A program made the position numbers and the translations under genes. Positions 7,973 through 16,160 of a DNA stretch of 17,512 bases are shown here, in pieces. The notes under the pieces were generated by a model. It saw only the letters and a list, made by a program, of their open reading frames with translations, searched no databases and was not told the DNA's origin. This stretch comes from Fibrobacteria bacterium (GTDB lineage: Bacteria; Fibrobacterota; Fibrobacteria; UBA11236). Every line of letters begins with the position of its first letter. Within the stretch, counting starts at the first letter, position 1. Location of the stretch: assembly GCA_041746255.1 (NCBI GenBank), contig JBGTHM010000006.1:1-17512 (forward strand), written 5' to 3'.

Positions 7973-9727
7973 ATGAATATGAAACCAAATTACCCGACAG
8001 GTTCAAAATGGATTGGACATGCGCTCATGGCATGCCTGATACTTGCGGCATTGGGAAGCGCGCAGGTGAGTTCTCTTCCCACCGGCATCACCATTGAGGC
8101 TATGTACGACACCTCCAAAGTGGGCCTTAGTTTCAGAAAGGACAAGCAATCGGTGGTGGGCATGTACGAAGTGCCGGGCAAGCCCATGCACTTCCTGGTA
8201 TTGGGGTATTTCGGCTTCGTCTGGTCGCTTTATCCGAATGACGGGGAGACCATTGAACCAACCGGTCCAATGAATTACGTCAAAAAGCAAGTGGCTGATT
8301 TCAACAAATTCACTATGAAGGGTTGGGAGCAAGGCGCCTTGGGAGGCGGATTTGATCCGAACTTTGCGGAAAACCGGTATTTCTATTTCATCTACAACAA
8401 ATACAAAAATACCGCTCACTACAAAACGGGTGTCACGCCCGGCATAGGGGACGGCGCCCAAAATGCCGGATTGGTGGTGGTTGAGCGCTGGAAACTTTCG
8501 GAAGATCTCACCAAATTGACGCGGGATACCACCATTATCGCCATGGAACACGGAACCGGGTATGGGTCCAGCAATATGGTTTTCGGAATGGACCACCTTC
8601 TCTATATCTCCACGGATTCCTATAGCAAGAACAGCTGGGACAGCACGGATTATATGCGAAAGGTGCTGCGAATCGATGTGTCCAAGCCTGAAGGCGGAAA
8701 AATGTACACCATTCCACCCGACAATCCTTTTTACAATGCCGCCAATCCGGATGTCAAAAAGGAGATCTACGCGTTTGGATTCCGCAATACCTATTCCATA
8801 GTCGCCAATTATCTTACCGGAAGCATACTCGGTGCCGAGGTGGGACAAAAAACCTATGAAGAGGTCAATATCATTCTGCCCGGGAAAAATTACGGCTGGG
8901 GCGATGGCGGCGACGGTCAAAATAATAATAGCTTTGGAGTAGGAATCGAGGGACCATGCAGTGAGAATACCACCAGTGGACTCGCCTATAACGGCCACAA
9001 ATCAAACCCTTTCGCTGCCCCATATTCGTATTCGGGTCCCTTATCGCAAGGTCGAAAATTCACATGTAAGGATTTTACCAACGGCACCTGGAATTTCCAT
9101 CGCCGCGGCGAAACGATTAACGGAGTAAAATCCGCCGTCCAAGGCCTTGAAATCAATTGCATCATCATGTCGCCCGCTTATCGGGGCGACCCGGCATCTC
9201 CCTTTCATGGGTATCACTTCGTAACCGATGTCAACAGAGGTTACTTCGTCGCGATTAGGGAAGATCAACCGGGTGCCAAAGTTGTGGGCGGCATACCGAG
9301 TTTGAAAGATTATTATCGGCAACCCACGGATTTGAACCATAATGGCCCCACTTCCTTTGCCGAGGATTCCTATGGAAACTTGTACGTTACCATGCTTTCC
9401 TCCAGAAACACCGGTGCCCTCGACTGGCACGACCCCTTCCGCTTGAAGCATGACCAGATGGAGCCGCTTCTCAATCCCCGGACCCAGGTTCTTCCCGTGG
9501 CCACGAAAAAGGGCCTGATTGGCCATCCACGTCAGGGGGAATTCCAGCCCTTCCTGGTGAATTATGCCGGATTGGCCCGCATCCGCATGCCGGTCGGCGC
9601 CACGCAGGTTCAGCTGTTTTCCCTGGACGGCAAGCAGCTCTGGAGCAAAACCGCGGCCGCAGGGACGGATTTGCCCGTACCGGCCACAATCAAGCCCGGA
9701 GCCTTCTGGGTGCGTTACCTTCCCTGA
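7973..9727 (+). CDS. PQQ-dependent glucose/sorbosone dehydrogenase-like beta-propeller, secreted (alternative start 7979)
   Basis: Motifs EQGALG..FDPNFAENRYFY, VLRIDV...YTIPPDNPF, EIYAFGFRN, VGQ..YEEVNII.PGKNYGW, SFAEDSYGNLYV. Signal peptide ...GSA|Q. Tail LFSLDGKQ...PGAFWVRY. Confidence 0.85.
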   Translation: MNMKPNYPTGSKWIGHALMACLILAALGSAQVSSLPTGITIEAMYDTSKVGLSFRKDKQSVVGMYEVPGKPMHFLVLGYFGFVWSLYPNDGETIEPTGPMNYVKKQVADFNKFTMKGWEQGALGGGFDPNFAENRYFYFIYNKYKNTAHYKTGVTPGIGDGAQNAGLVVVERWKLSEDLTKLTRDTTIIAMEHGTGYGSSNMVFGMDHLLYISTDSYSKNSWDSTDYMRKVLRIDVSKPEGGKMYTIPPDNPFYNAANPDVKKEIYAFGFRNTYSIVANYLTGSILGAEVGQKTYEEVNIILPGKNYGWGDGGDGQNNNSFGVGIEGPCSENTTSGLAYNGHKSNPFAAPYSYSGPLSQGRKFTCKDFTNGTWNFHRRGETINGVKSAVQGLEINCIIMSPAYRGDPASPFHGYHFVTDVNRGYFVAIREDQPGAKVVGGIPSLKDYYRQPTDLNHNGPTSFAEDSYGNLYVTMLSSRNTGALDWHDPFRLKHDQMEPLLNPRTQVLPVATKKGLIGHPRQGEFQPFLVNYAGLARIRMPVGATQVQLFSLDGKQLWSKTAAAGTDLPVPATIKPGAFWVRYLP

Positions 9728-9733
9728 ATGATT

Positions 9734-9753
9734 CCCGGCCGACCCAGGCCGGG
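9734..9753 (+). terminator. Possible terminator or stabilising hairpin after the dehydrogenase-like gene
   Basis: CCCGGCC-GACCCA-GGCCGGG, a 7-bp GC stem just after the stop, followed by TAATTAA (weak U tract). Confidence 0.4.
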
Positions 9754-9884
9754 TAATTAAGGTTTTCTAAGAGCAGAGCCTGTTTGGAATAAAGAGCCCT
9801 TATTCTGGAAACCATGAAAACCACCATAAGGACATCGGCAACCATGGCCACCGCGCTTGAAATCACGGCGATGGCGTCCTCGCC

Positions 9885-9910
9885 AAATCGTTTTGTGAGC
9901 TAAACGATTT
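9885..9910. promoter_or_regulatory. Candidate operator, copy 2: AAATCGTTT-TGTGAGCT-AAACGATTT
   Basis: Perfect 9-bp inverted repeat with an 8-nt spacer; near-identical to 5222..5246; about 150 nt upstream of ATG 10059. Confidence 0.55.
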
Positions 9911-10058
9911 CTCCTCACTCCGCTTGATTCTTTGACCACCGGAATGGCAAAGCGCGGTACTTTCAAAATACCGATGAGGCAAAATTTTGCGAACATTTCT
10001 CAAATTTATACCGGCAGTCAAAATATTGCCGAGAACACCAAATTCGATGGAATAGAAT

Positions 10059-10985
10059 ATGAAACCCATATATAGCATTGCCATGATTTCCCTGTTTTGC
10101 ACGGCGGGATTAACCAACCTCTCCGCCGGCGTTTATCAAGAAGCGAACGGCTATGTGGTAATGGAAATGGAAAACACGGAAACGGACCACAGCGAGTGCT
10201 GGACCGTGGAAACCGGAAAAAACCCCGAGGGCGGCAAGGCGCTAAGGCAGGCGAAATGCAATGACATGAATACGGGACCCGCCAAAAACCCGCTTAAATA
10301 CACTTTTAAAATCAATACCGGCGGCGTTTACACCTTGTACACGAAAATTTGGAAGGATCACGGAAGCAATCCACCCGACAAAAGTAACGACGTCTATGTG
10401 CGGGTGGCGGGCGACTTCACCGGCGTTGAGGGTGGCGCCTCCACTGCCGCCTTGAAGGCAGACACAAAACATTATGGCGGAGCCAGCAACGAATATGTGT
10501 GGACGTCCGGTATGTTGGATTATGACCACAAAAAATGGCAAAACAAATACGACTTTAAAAGCGGAGAACAATATGACCTGTTTATTTCGGCTCGCGCAAA
10601 AAATGCCGTCGTAGACCGGATTCTTTTCGCTACGGACGAAGGCAAGACCAAAGGGCAAGCGAACGGAACGGCAGAGTCGTCCACCGGCACCACCTCAATG
10701 TTTACTCCGAACCAATCGCACCTGTCCACGCCCAATGTGGTGGCCCATCGAGGAAGCCAGTCCATCCGGTTCGAGGTCAAGGATTTTGATGCTTTGCATG
10801 AAAAAGACGTTGTGCTGGTTATTCATGATTTGCGCGGCAATGCCATTAAACAAATTTCGACGAGGACAAATTTCATCAGCTGGGATAAAACCGACTTCGG
10901 AGGAAACCAGGTGCCCAACGGAATATATATCAGCGAATTGCGTATGAACAATACCTCCGTACGGCAATCCTTCTTGTCCTTCTAG
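10059..10985 (+). CDS. Secreted CBM/GH115-C-like beta-sandwich protein with FlgD-Ig-type sorting tail
   Basis: Signal peptide. EANGYVVMEME, LKYTFKINTGGVYTLY, NDVYV, ISARAKNAVVDRI. Tail IHDLRGNAIK...WDKTDFGGNQVPNGIYI. Confidence 0.7.
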   Translation: MKPIYSIAMISLFCTAGLTNLSAGVYQEANGYVVMEMENTETDHSECWTVETGKNPEGGKALRQAKCNDMNTGPAKNPLKYTFKINTGGVYTLYTKIWKDHGSNPPDKSNDVYVRVAGDFTGVEGGASTAALKADTKHYGGASNEYVWTSGMLDYDHKKWQNKYDFKSGEQYDLFISARAKNAVVDRILFATDEGKTKGQANGTAESSTGTTSMFTPNQSHLSTPNVVAHRGSQSIRFEVKDFDALHEKDVVLVIHDLRGNAIKQISTRTNFISWDKTDFGGNQVPNGIYISELRMNNTSVRQSFLSF

Positions 10986-11085
10986 CGGCGGAATCCGGGG
11001 TGAGTATGTGGAAAAAACCTGGCATTCGTCAAATCGCATCGGATCTTGAAGAGTTACAGCACATTTACATAATGGGGAGAATTCC

Positions 11086-13095
11086 ATGTTGCGAACCTTA
11101 GTCTTTATCAATTTGATGTTTTTATCTTATGCCGTTGCCCAGGGGACGCTGTCGGGCGAAAAAAAACAATGGCACCGCAATACGATAACATTTGAAGGAC
11201 CTCAAGCAAGCGAAACCGGAAATCCCAATCCATTTACCGATTATCGTTTGATGGTTACCTTCGCCCACGCCGCCAGCGGCACGACAATCGTTGTACCCGG
11301 CTTTTACGCCGCTGATGGAGACGCTGGTGAATCCGGAGCGGTTGCAGGAAACAAATGGCGGGTTCATTTTTCACCCAATCAAACCGGAAATTGGACATAT
11401 ACGGCATCCTTTCGAACTGGTGCCAAGATAGCGCTGGACGCCGGAGCGAGCGCCGGAACGGCTACGGGTTTTGATGGAGCCACCGGAGCATTCTCCATAG
11501 CAGCTTCAGACAAACAGGTGCCGGACCTTCGGGCACGGGGTCTTTTGCAATATGTCGGCAAACGTTACTGGCAGTTTGCGGGTGATAAGACCTATTGGCT
11601 TAAAGGGGGCGTTGACAGCCCGGAAAATTATCTGGGCTATTTCGAGTTCGACCAAACCACCGACCAAGGAGGCCACAGTACGGGTCACCTCAAGGACGGT
11701 TTGCATCGCTACGAACCCCATGTAAAACATTGGAAGGACGGTGACCCGACCTGGCACAACGGCAAAGGTAAAGGAATAATCGGAAGCATCAACTATCTGT
11801 CCTCCCTAGGGGGTAACAGTATTTATTTCATCACCTATAATTTGGATGGCGGTGACGGGGCGGATACCTGGATGTGGGAGAGTCCCAAAGGGGATAAGAC
11901 ACGATTCGACGTGAGCAAACTGGATCAATGGGAAATCGTCTTTTCCCACATGGAAGCCAAAGGCGTGGCCATGCATGTGCTTACGCAAGAGGTAGAGAAT
12001 GATAGAAAACTGAGCGGCGGCAACCTGGGAGAAGACCGGCAGCTTTATTATAGAGAGCTCATTGCGCGCTTCAGCCATCATCAGAACGTCTTGTGGAATC
12101 TCGGTGAAGAAAATAAGAATACAGATAGCCAACTCAAATCATTCGCCAAATATATCCGTTCACTGGACCCCTACAAACACCCCATCACCGTGCATAACCA
12201 TGATAATGCTTTAGACAAATGGAGTGGACTGTATGGAGATGAAAATTTCGAATCAGCCTCCATGCAGACCAACCCCGCGAGTCGCTGCATAGACAATACC
12301 AGAGCGGTAATAAAGAGCTCCAGTGACAAAGGGCGGCCGTGGTCCGCTTATTGTGACGAAGCCAATAGAACAGGCCTATTGGAAAATATGAGCAACAGAC
12401 CCGACATGCGGAAGAACGCTTTATGGGGAGCGCTCATGGCCGGAGGTGCAGGCACCGAGTATTACTTCGGTTATCACCTCCCCGATTGGGGTGATTTGCA
12501 TTCTGAAGATTGGAGCCCGGCCGAGCCGATGCTTAATGACACTCGCCACGCTCTCGATTTTTTCCACACCTATCTTCCCTTTTGGGAAATGAAAGAACAA
12601 ACTGAGGGAATACTGGAGCTGCCTGGAAAAGTCTATGCCGCTTATAGGCCAAATGGGGGCAGCGTTGATGTTGATCTCGGTCAAGGACAATATAAAGTGC
12701 AATGGTACAATCCGGTAACAGGTGGACCATTAAAGGAAGGTTCCGTCAGCACGGTTGCCGGAGGCGGAAAAAAATCCATAGGATCACCTCCTTCAGGTGG
12801 AAATGATTGGGTCGCATTGATTACCGAATCAACCTTTAAATTATCGGAATACGTTACAACTGGAATAGCGAAAGGTTCCGATTCCTTTGGAATAAAATAT
12901 CAGCATAATGATATCGGCATAACGGGTGTTCCTTCCCAATTCGAATCGGTTTCCATTTACTCAACGCAGGGTCAATTGCTACAGGTTTTTACAGAAACGG
13001 AATTTTCAAAATCCAGGTTGAAGCCCGGTATGTATATCATACGAGTCCAGGGGAAAAATTACCTGAAATCAAAACAACTAATGATTTTGCGATAA
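11086..13095 (+). CDS. Putative glycoside hydrolase: DUF5060-like N-domain, GH-A-like TIM barrel, collagen-binding-like domain and sorting tail
   Basis: GGGGAG RBS and signal peptide ...AVA|Q. NPFTDYRL.VTF, VPGFYAADG, WRVHFSP...G.WTY; YYRELIARF...WNLGEEN; DPYKHPITVH; YCDE; VQWYNP.TG. Tail IYSTQGQ...KPGMYIIRV. Confidence 0.8.
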   Translation: MLRTLVFINLMFLSYAVAQGTLSGEKKQWHRNTITFEGPQASETGNPNPFTDYRLMVTFAHAASGTTIVVPGFYAADGDAGESGAVAGNKWRVHFSPNQTGNWTYTASFRTGAKIALDAGASAGTATGFDGATGAFSIAASDKQVPDLRARGLLQYVGKRYWQFAGDKTYWLKGGVDSPENYLGYFEFDQTTDQGGHSTGHLKDGLHRYEPHVKHWKDGDPTWHNGKGKGIIGSINYLSSLGGNSIYFITYNLDGGDGADTWMWESPKGDKTRFDVSKLDQWEIVFSHMEAKGVAMHVLTQEVENDRKLSGGNLGEDRQLYYRELIARFSHHQNVLWNLGEENKNTDSQLKSFAKYIRSLDPYKHPITVHNHDNALDKWSGLYGDENFESASMQTNPASRCIDNTRAVIKSSSDKGRPWSAYCDEANRTGLLENMSNRPDMRKNALWGALMAGGAGTEYYFGYHLPDWGDLHSEDWSPAEPMLNDTRHALDFFHTYLPFWEMKEQTEGILELPGKVYAAYRPNGGSVDVDLGQGQYKVQWYNPVTGGPLKEGSVSTVAGGGKKSIGSPPSGGNDWVALITESTFKLSEYVTTGIAKGSDSFGIKYQHNDIGITGVPSQFESVSIYSTQGQLLQVFTETEFSKSRLKPGMYIIRVQGKNYLKSKQLMILR

Positions 13096-13120
13096 AACCC
13101 TGTCCAGTAAAGAGGCGACC

Positions 13121-13873
13121 ATGCATACAGGATTCACTAAGATTTTCGCACTTGCCATTCCGGCAATTTTTGCCGCCACTTCCATCGCTCAAACCTCCTG
13201 GTATATCGAAGCGGAGTCTATTGAGCCAACGGGTTCCTGGAAGAAGGATAAAAGCGTTCCAGGATATACCGGCAGCGGCTATATGTTCTGGGATGCCGGC
13301 CTCAACAAGAGCACTCCCACGGGCATTTTGGAATACACCTTTGATGTAAAAGAAGCCGGGCTTTACAATGTGCAACTGCTGTCCCAACGGAACAAAACGG
13401 GGCGCTGCGTGGGGGCAAAAAGTGACGAATGCAACGATGTTTTTAGCACCATGAACAACGGAAAGTTTTACAAAACCATGGTAAAAGGTACATGGGGAGA
13501 ATGGGAGTGGGGCGCGACTACCGTTGAAGCCACGCACGGTAAGTTTACTTTCCCAGACTATCAGTTAAGTGCCGGTAAAAATGTTTATAAAATCGCGGGT
13601 CGCTCCGAGGACGTACGTATCGATGCTATTGCCATATTCAAAAAGGGTACCCAACGGCCGGAGTCTGGCCAAAGCCCTGTCAGCATAAAGACCGTGCATT
13701 ACGCCCCCGAAACCTTTGATAAGGCCATCGTCTATGGCTATGACGGTAAACGGCTGGAGACTATAGAGAACAGTACGATTTCGGAAACCCGAAATAACCT
13801 GAAACAAGGCCTCTATTTTATCAGCTTGCAAGCTGGTGGAAAGGTGTTCACCCAAAAGCTGGCGGTGCATTAA
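13121..13873 (+). CDS. Small secreted CBM-like protein with sorting tail
   Basis: GAGG RBS and signal peptide ...SIA|Q. IEAES, GYTGSGY, LEYTFDVKEAGLYNV, NDVF, WEW, IAGRSEDVRIDAI. Tail YGYDGKR...LKQGLYFI...TQKLAVH. Confidence 0.75.
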   Translation: MHTGFTKIFALAIPAIFAATSIAQTSWYIEAESIEPTGSWKKDKSVPGYTGSGYMFWDAGLNKSTPTGILEYTFDVKEAGLYNVQLLSQRNKTGRCVGAKSDECNDVFSTMNNGKFYKTMVKGTWGEWEWGATTVEATHGKFTFPDYQLSAGKNVYKIAGRSEDVRIDAIAIFKKGTQRPESGQSPVSIKTVHYAPETFDKAIVYGYDGKRLETIENSTISETRNNLKQGLYFISLQAGGKVFTQKLAVH

Positions 13874-13930
13874 AGGGCAATAATCAGGCGCGGTTTTAAT
13901 AGGTTAAATAACCAACGAAGGAAAGAAGAT

Positions 13931-14974
13931 ATGAAATATAAAACAGGGTTCGCATTGTTGACAGCAGTCTTTATGACCAGCGCTGTATTCGCTGTTCCGC
14001 CGGGAAGATTCGCCTTTGTCAATGACGGCAATAACAGGGATTCCGATGACATTGCCGCCATTCCAGTACAAGTAGCCATGATGGCTATTTTTAACGTGAC
14101 AGACAGGCTGGTACACGCTACCTATGCATGTGACTCCAGGAACGGAAGCGAGGAGGCCAAACGGGAAAAGATGCTGAAAGAAAGCCTGGAAGGCGCTGCC
14201 GACCTGTGGGGCAAGTTCGACAAATCCACTTTTTTTAATTATCACACACAACAAAATGCGGCTGTCACCCATTTAACAGAGCAAATCAACGCATCCACCG
14301 CCGAGAGTCCGTTATGGATTATTGAGGCGGGGGAGCCGGATTTGATTTACCTGGCGGTAAAAGCTGCCCAGCAGAGTAAACGGCAGTATATCCGTATCGT
14401 CACTCATCATCCCAATAACGATAAAGGTGTGACTCACGATTTGACTGACATTCTGGCACTGGAAGGAATGGCGAAAAATGCGGCAGTGAGAATTCATGAA
14501 CAGAACGGCAATCTTAAAAAGCCCTTCAGTGAATACAGCTGGACTCGCGATCATGCCGATCCCAGGGTTAAGTTTTTATGGAAGCAAGCCCAGGAGACAC
14601 AATCGACCAACTACGATCCCATAAAGGGAGACTTTGATCCATCCGATGCCGGCATGGTCTGGTATATCCTCACCGGGGGTCCCGAAGGCAATGGTGATGA
14701 TGACTGTTCTTCCAAAAAAATTGAAACAGCTGTCAACAAGTGGCTTGCGGGCAACACTACCTCGGTATGGACGGAAAGCGGATCGGATAGAATACATTTT
14801 ACGAATGTTTCCGTGACATCTCCGGTTTCCATATATACCACCGACGGGCGGCTGATTAAGTCGGGGCTTGCGGGAGATATCAAAACCCAAGGCTTGGAAA
14901 AGGGTATGTATCTCATCAGGTCCAGGGAAAGCTCAAACGTTAATACGTTCGTAAGCAAACTCACTATCTTTTAA
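13931..14974 (+). CDS. Secreted nucleoside-hydrolase-like-fold protein with sorting tail
   Basis: AAGGA RBS and signal peptide. N-terminal DGNNRDSDD resembles the DxDxxxDD motif; also PLWIIEAG and DPSDAGMVWYIL. Tail IYTTDGRLIK...LEKGMYLIR. Confidence 0.6.
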   Translation: MKYKTGFALLTAVFMTSAVFAVPPGRFAFVNDGNNRDSDDIAAIPVQVAMMAIFNVTDRLVHATYACDSRNGSEEAKREKMLKESLEGAADLWGKFDKSTFFNYHTQQNAAVTHLTEQINASTAESPLWIIEAGEPDLIYLAVKAAQQSKRQYIRIVTHHPNNDKGVTHDLTDILALEGMAKNAAVRIHEQNGNLKKPFSEYSWTRDHADPRVKFLWKQAQETQSTNYDPIKGDFDPSDAGMVWYILTGGPEGNGDDDCSSKKIETAVNKWLAGNTTSVWTESGSDRIHFTNVSVTSPVSIYTTDGRLIKSGLAGDIKTQGLEKGMYLIRSRESSNVNTFVSKLTIF

Positions 14975-15054
14975 AGGCCTCTCATGACATGCCGTCTTTG
15001 CTTCTACTGGGTGGCGCCCATTCAGTGGGCGGTAGCCAACGGCGAGACCCAAAG

Positions 15055-15078
15055 CCTGCCTCCTAATTGGATGGCAGG
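15055..15078. other. Hairpin at the convergence of the + strand array and the - strand gene
   Basis: CCTGCC-TCC-TAATT-GGA-T-GGCAGG (9 bp, one bulge), overlapping the TAG of the - strand gene. A second hairpin, CGCCCA-TTCAG-TGGGCG, lies at 15015..15031. Confidence 0.3.
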
Positions 15079-16160
15079 ACTATTCCATTCATTGCCGAGG
15101 GCTTCAGGGATAAGGTGGTTCCTTTGATACCCGAATGGTTCAAAAGCAGCTTACCATGGATGCTCCTGATTTGAATCACGGCATCTTGATGGAAAAAAAT
15201 TCGCTCTTTCCTGAGCGACCAGGCATTGATGCGCGAATGGTAACCGTAGGTCAATCGGGTGGTAGGAGCGAGCAATTTCCCCTGCCACTCCCGCCAAAGG
15301 TTCATGTCGTCCACCAAAATTTTCTTTTTCTCTCCATTTTCATCCCAGCATTTAATGGCGAATTCGTCCTTGTACCCCCATTCCAGGAGCTTTTCAATAA
15401 ATCCGAGAACATTAAAATTTCCTTCGCCCAGGACTTTTTTGAATTCGCCATCTTTGGGTAAATTTGCCGCACCTGAACTATCCGCCCCCACAAGGGATAT
15501 GGAGCTCACCAAACCGATATGTTCCTTAAGCAGGGGTATCTCAGTTTGGTTGAAATTGGTTTTCCGTTTTTCATTCACCATCAAACCATGTGGGAGGTTG
15601 TACATGATTTTAACATTATCCATATTCAATTTTTGGATGATGCGAACCGCTTCTTCGATGGCCTCGATATAATAACCTGCATGCAGAAAGATGGTAATAT
15701 CCGTGCCATTGGCCTTTGCAAGTTCGGCAACCGGCTTCAAGTGGTTCAATACGCTCTCATCCGATATGTAGCTGCCCGGAAAGCCGATAGATAGCTTGGC
15801 ACTGGAACCCTTAATCACTTTTAGGATATTTTGGATTTCCGTCGTTTTATTGCCTAAACCTCTAAAGTAAATCCCTGTCAATTGCATATTTCGAGCCTTA
15901 AGTGAATCGAGAATCAGGGGGATATTTTGATTGTCGTCATTATACCATAACCCGGAATATCCGAGAGAGTCCATCAACTTGGTCTGCAGGTGATAGGGTT
16001 TATCCAAGCACCAGGAGGTGAGCGTGAGGGGATTGGTTAATTTTGTCGTTTGAGAAAATCCAATGGAAGCGACTAGAAGAGAGAAAAACCCGAAGGCGAA
16101 ATTACCGTGATGGCGACGAAATAATTCAGCCTCTTCAGGTATCATTTTCGGAAAAAGCAT
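15063..16160 (-). CDS. Secreted sugar-phosphate isomerase/epimerase-like (AP_endonuc_2) TIM-barrel protein
   Basis: GGAG 6 nt before ATG; signal peptide ...GFS|Q. LGYSGL, VAELAKANG..I.IFLH, MYNLPH, LGEGNFNV, L.EWGYK.EFAI. Tail IRSIHGKLL. Confidence 0.75.
   Translation of the reverse strand: MLFPKMIPEEAELFRRHHGNFAFGFFSLLVASIGFSQTTKLTNPLTLTSWCLDKPYHLQTKLMDSLGYSGLWYNDDNQNIPLILDSLKARNMQLTGIYFRGLGNKTTEIQNILKVIKGSSAKLSIGFPGSYISDESVLNHLKPVAELAKANGTDITIFLHAGYYIEAIEEAVRIIQKLNMDNVKIMYNLPHGLMVNEKRKTNFNQTEIPLLKEHIGLVSSISLVGADSSGAANLPKDGEFKKVLGEGNFNVLGFIEKLLEWGYKDEFAIKCWDENGEKKKILVDDMNLWREWQGKLLAPTTRLTYGYHSRINAWSLRKERIFFHQDAVIQIRSIHGKLLLNHSGIKGTTLSLKPSAMNGIVLPSN

Noticed and set aside
9771..9855. Short imperfect repeats (AGAGCC..TGGAA twice, ACCATG..CCACC twice) as a CRISPR or tandem array
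   Set aside because: Too short, degenerate and irregularly spaced; no cas genes in the window.
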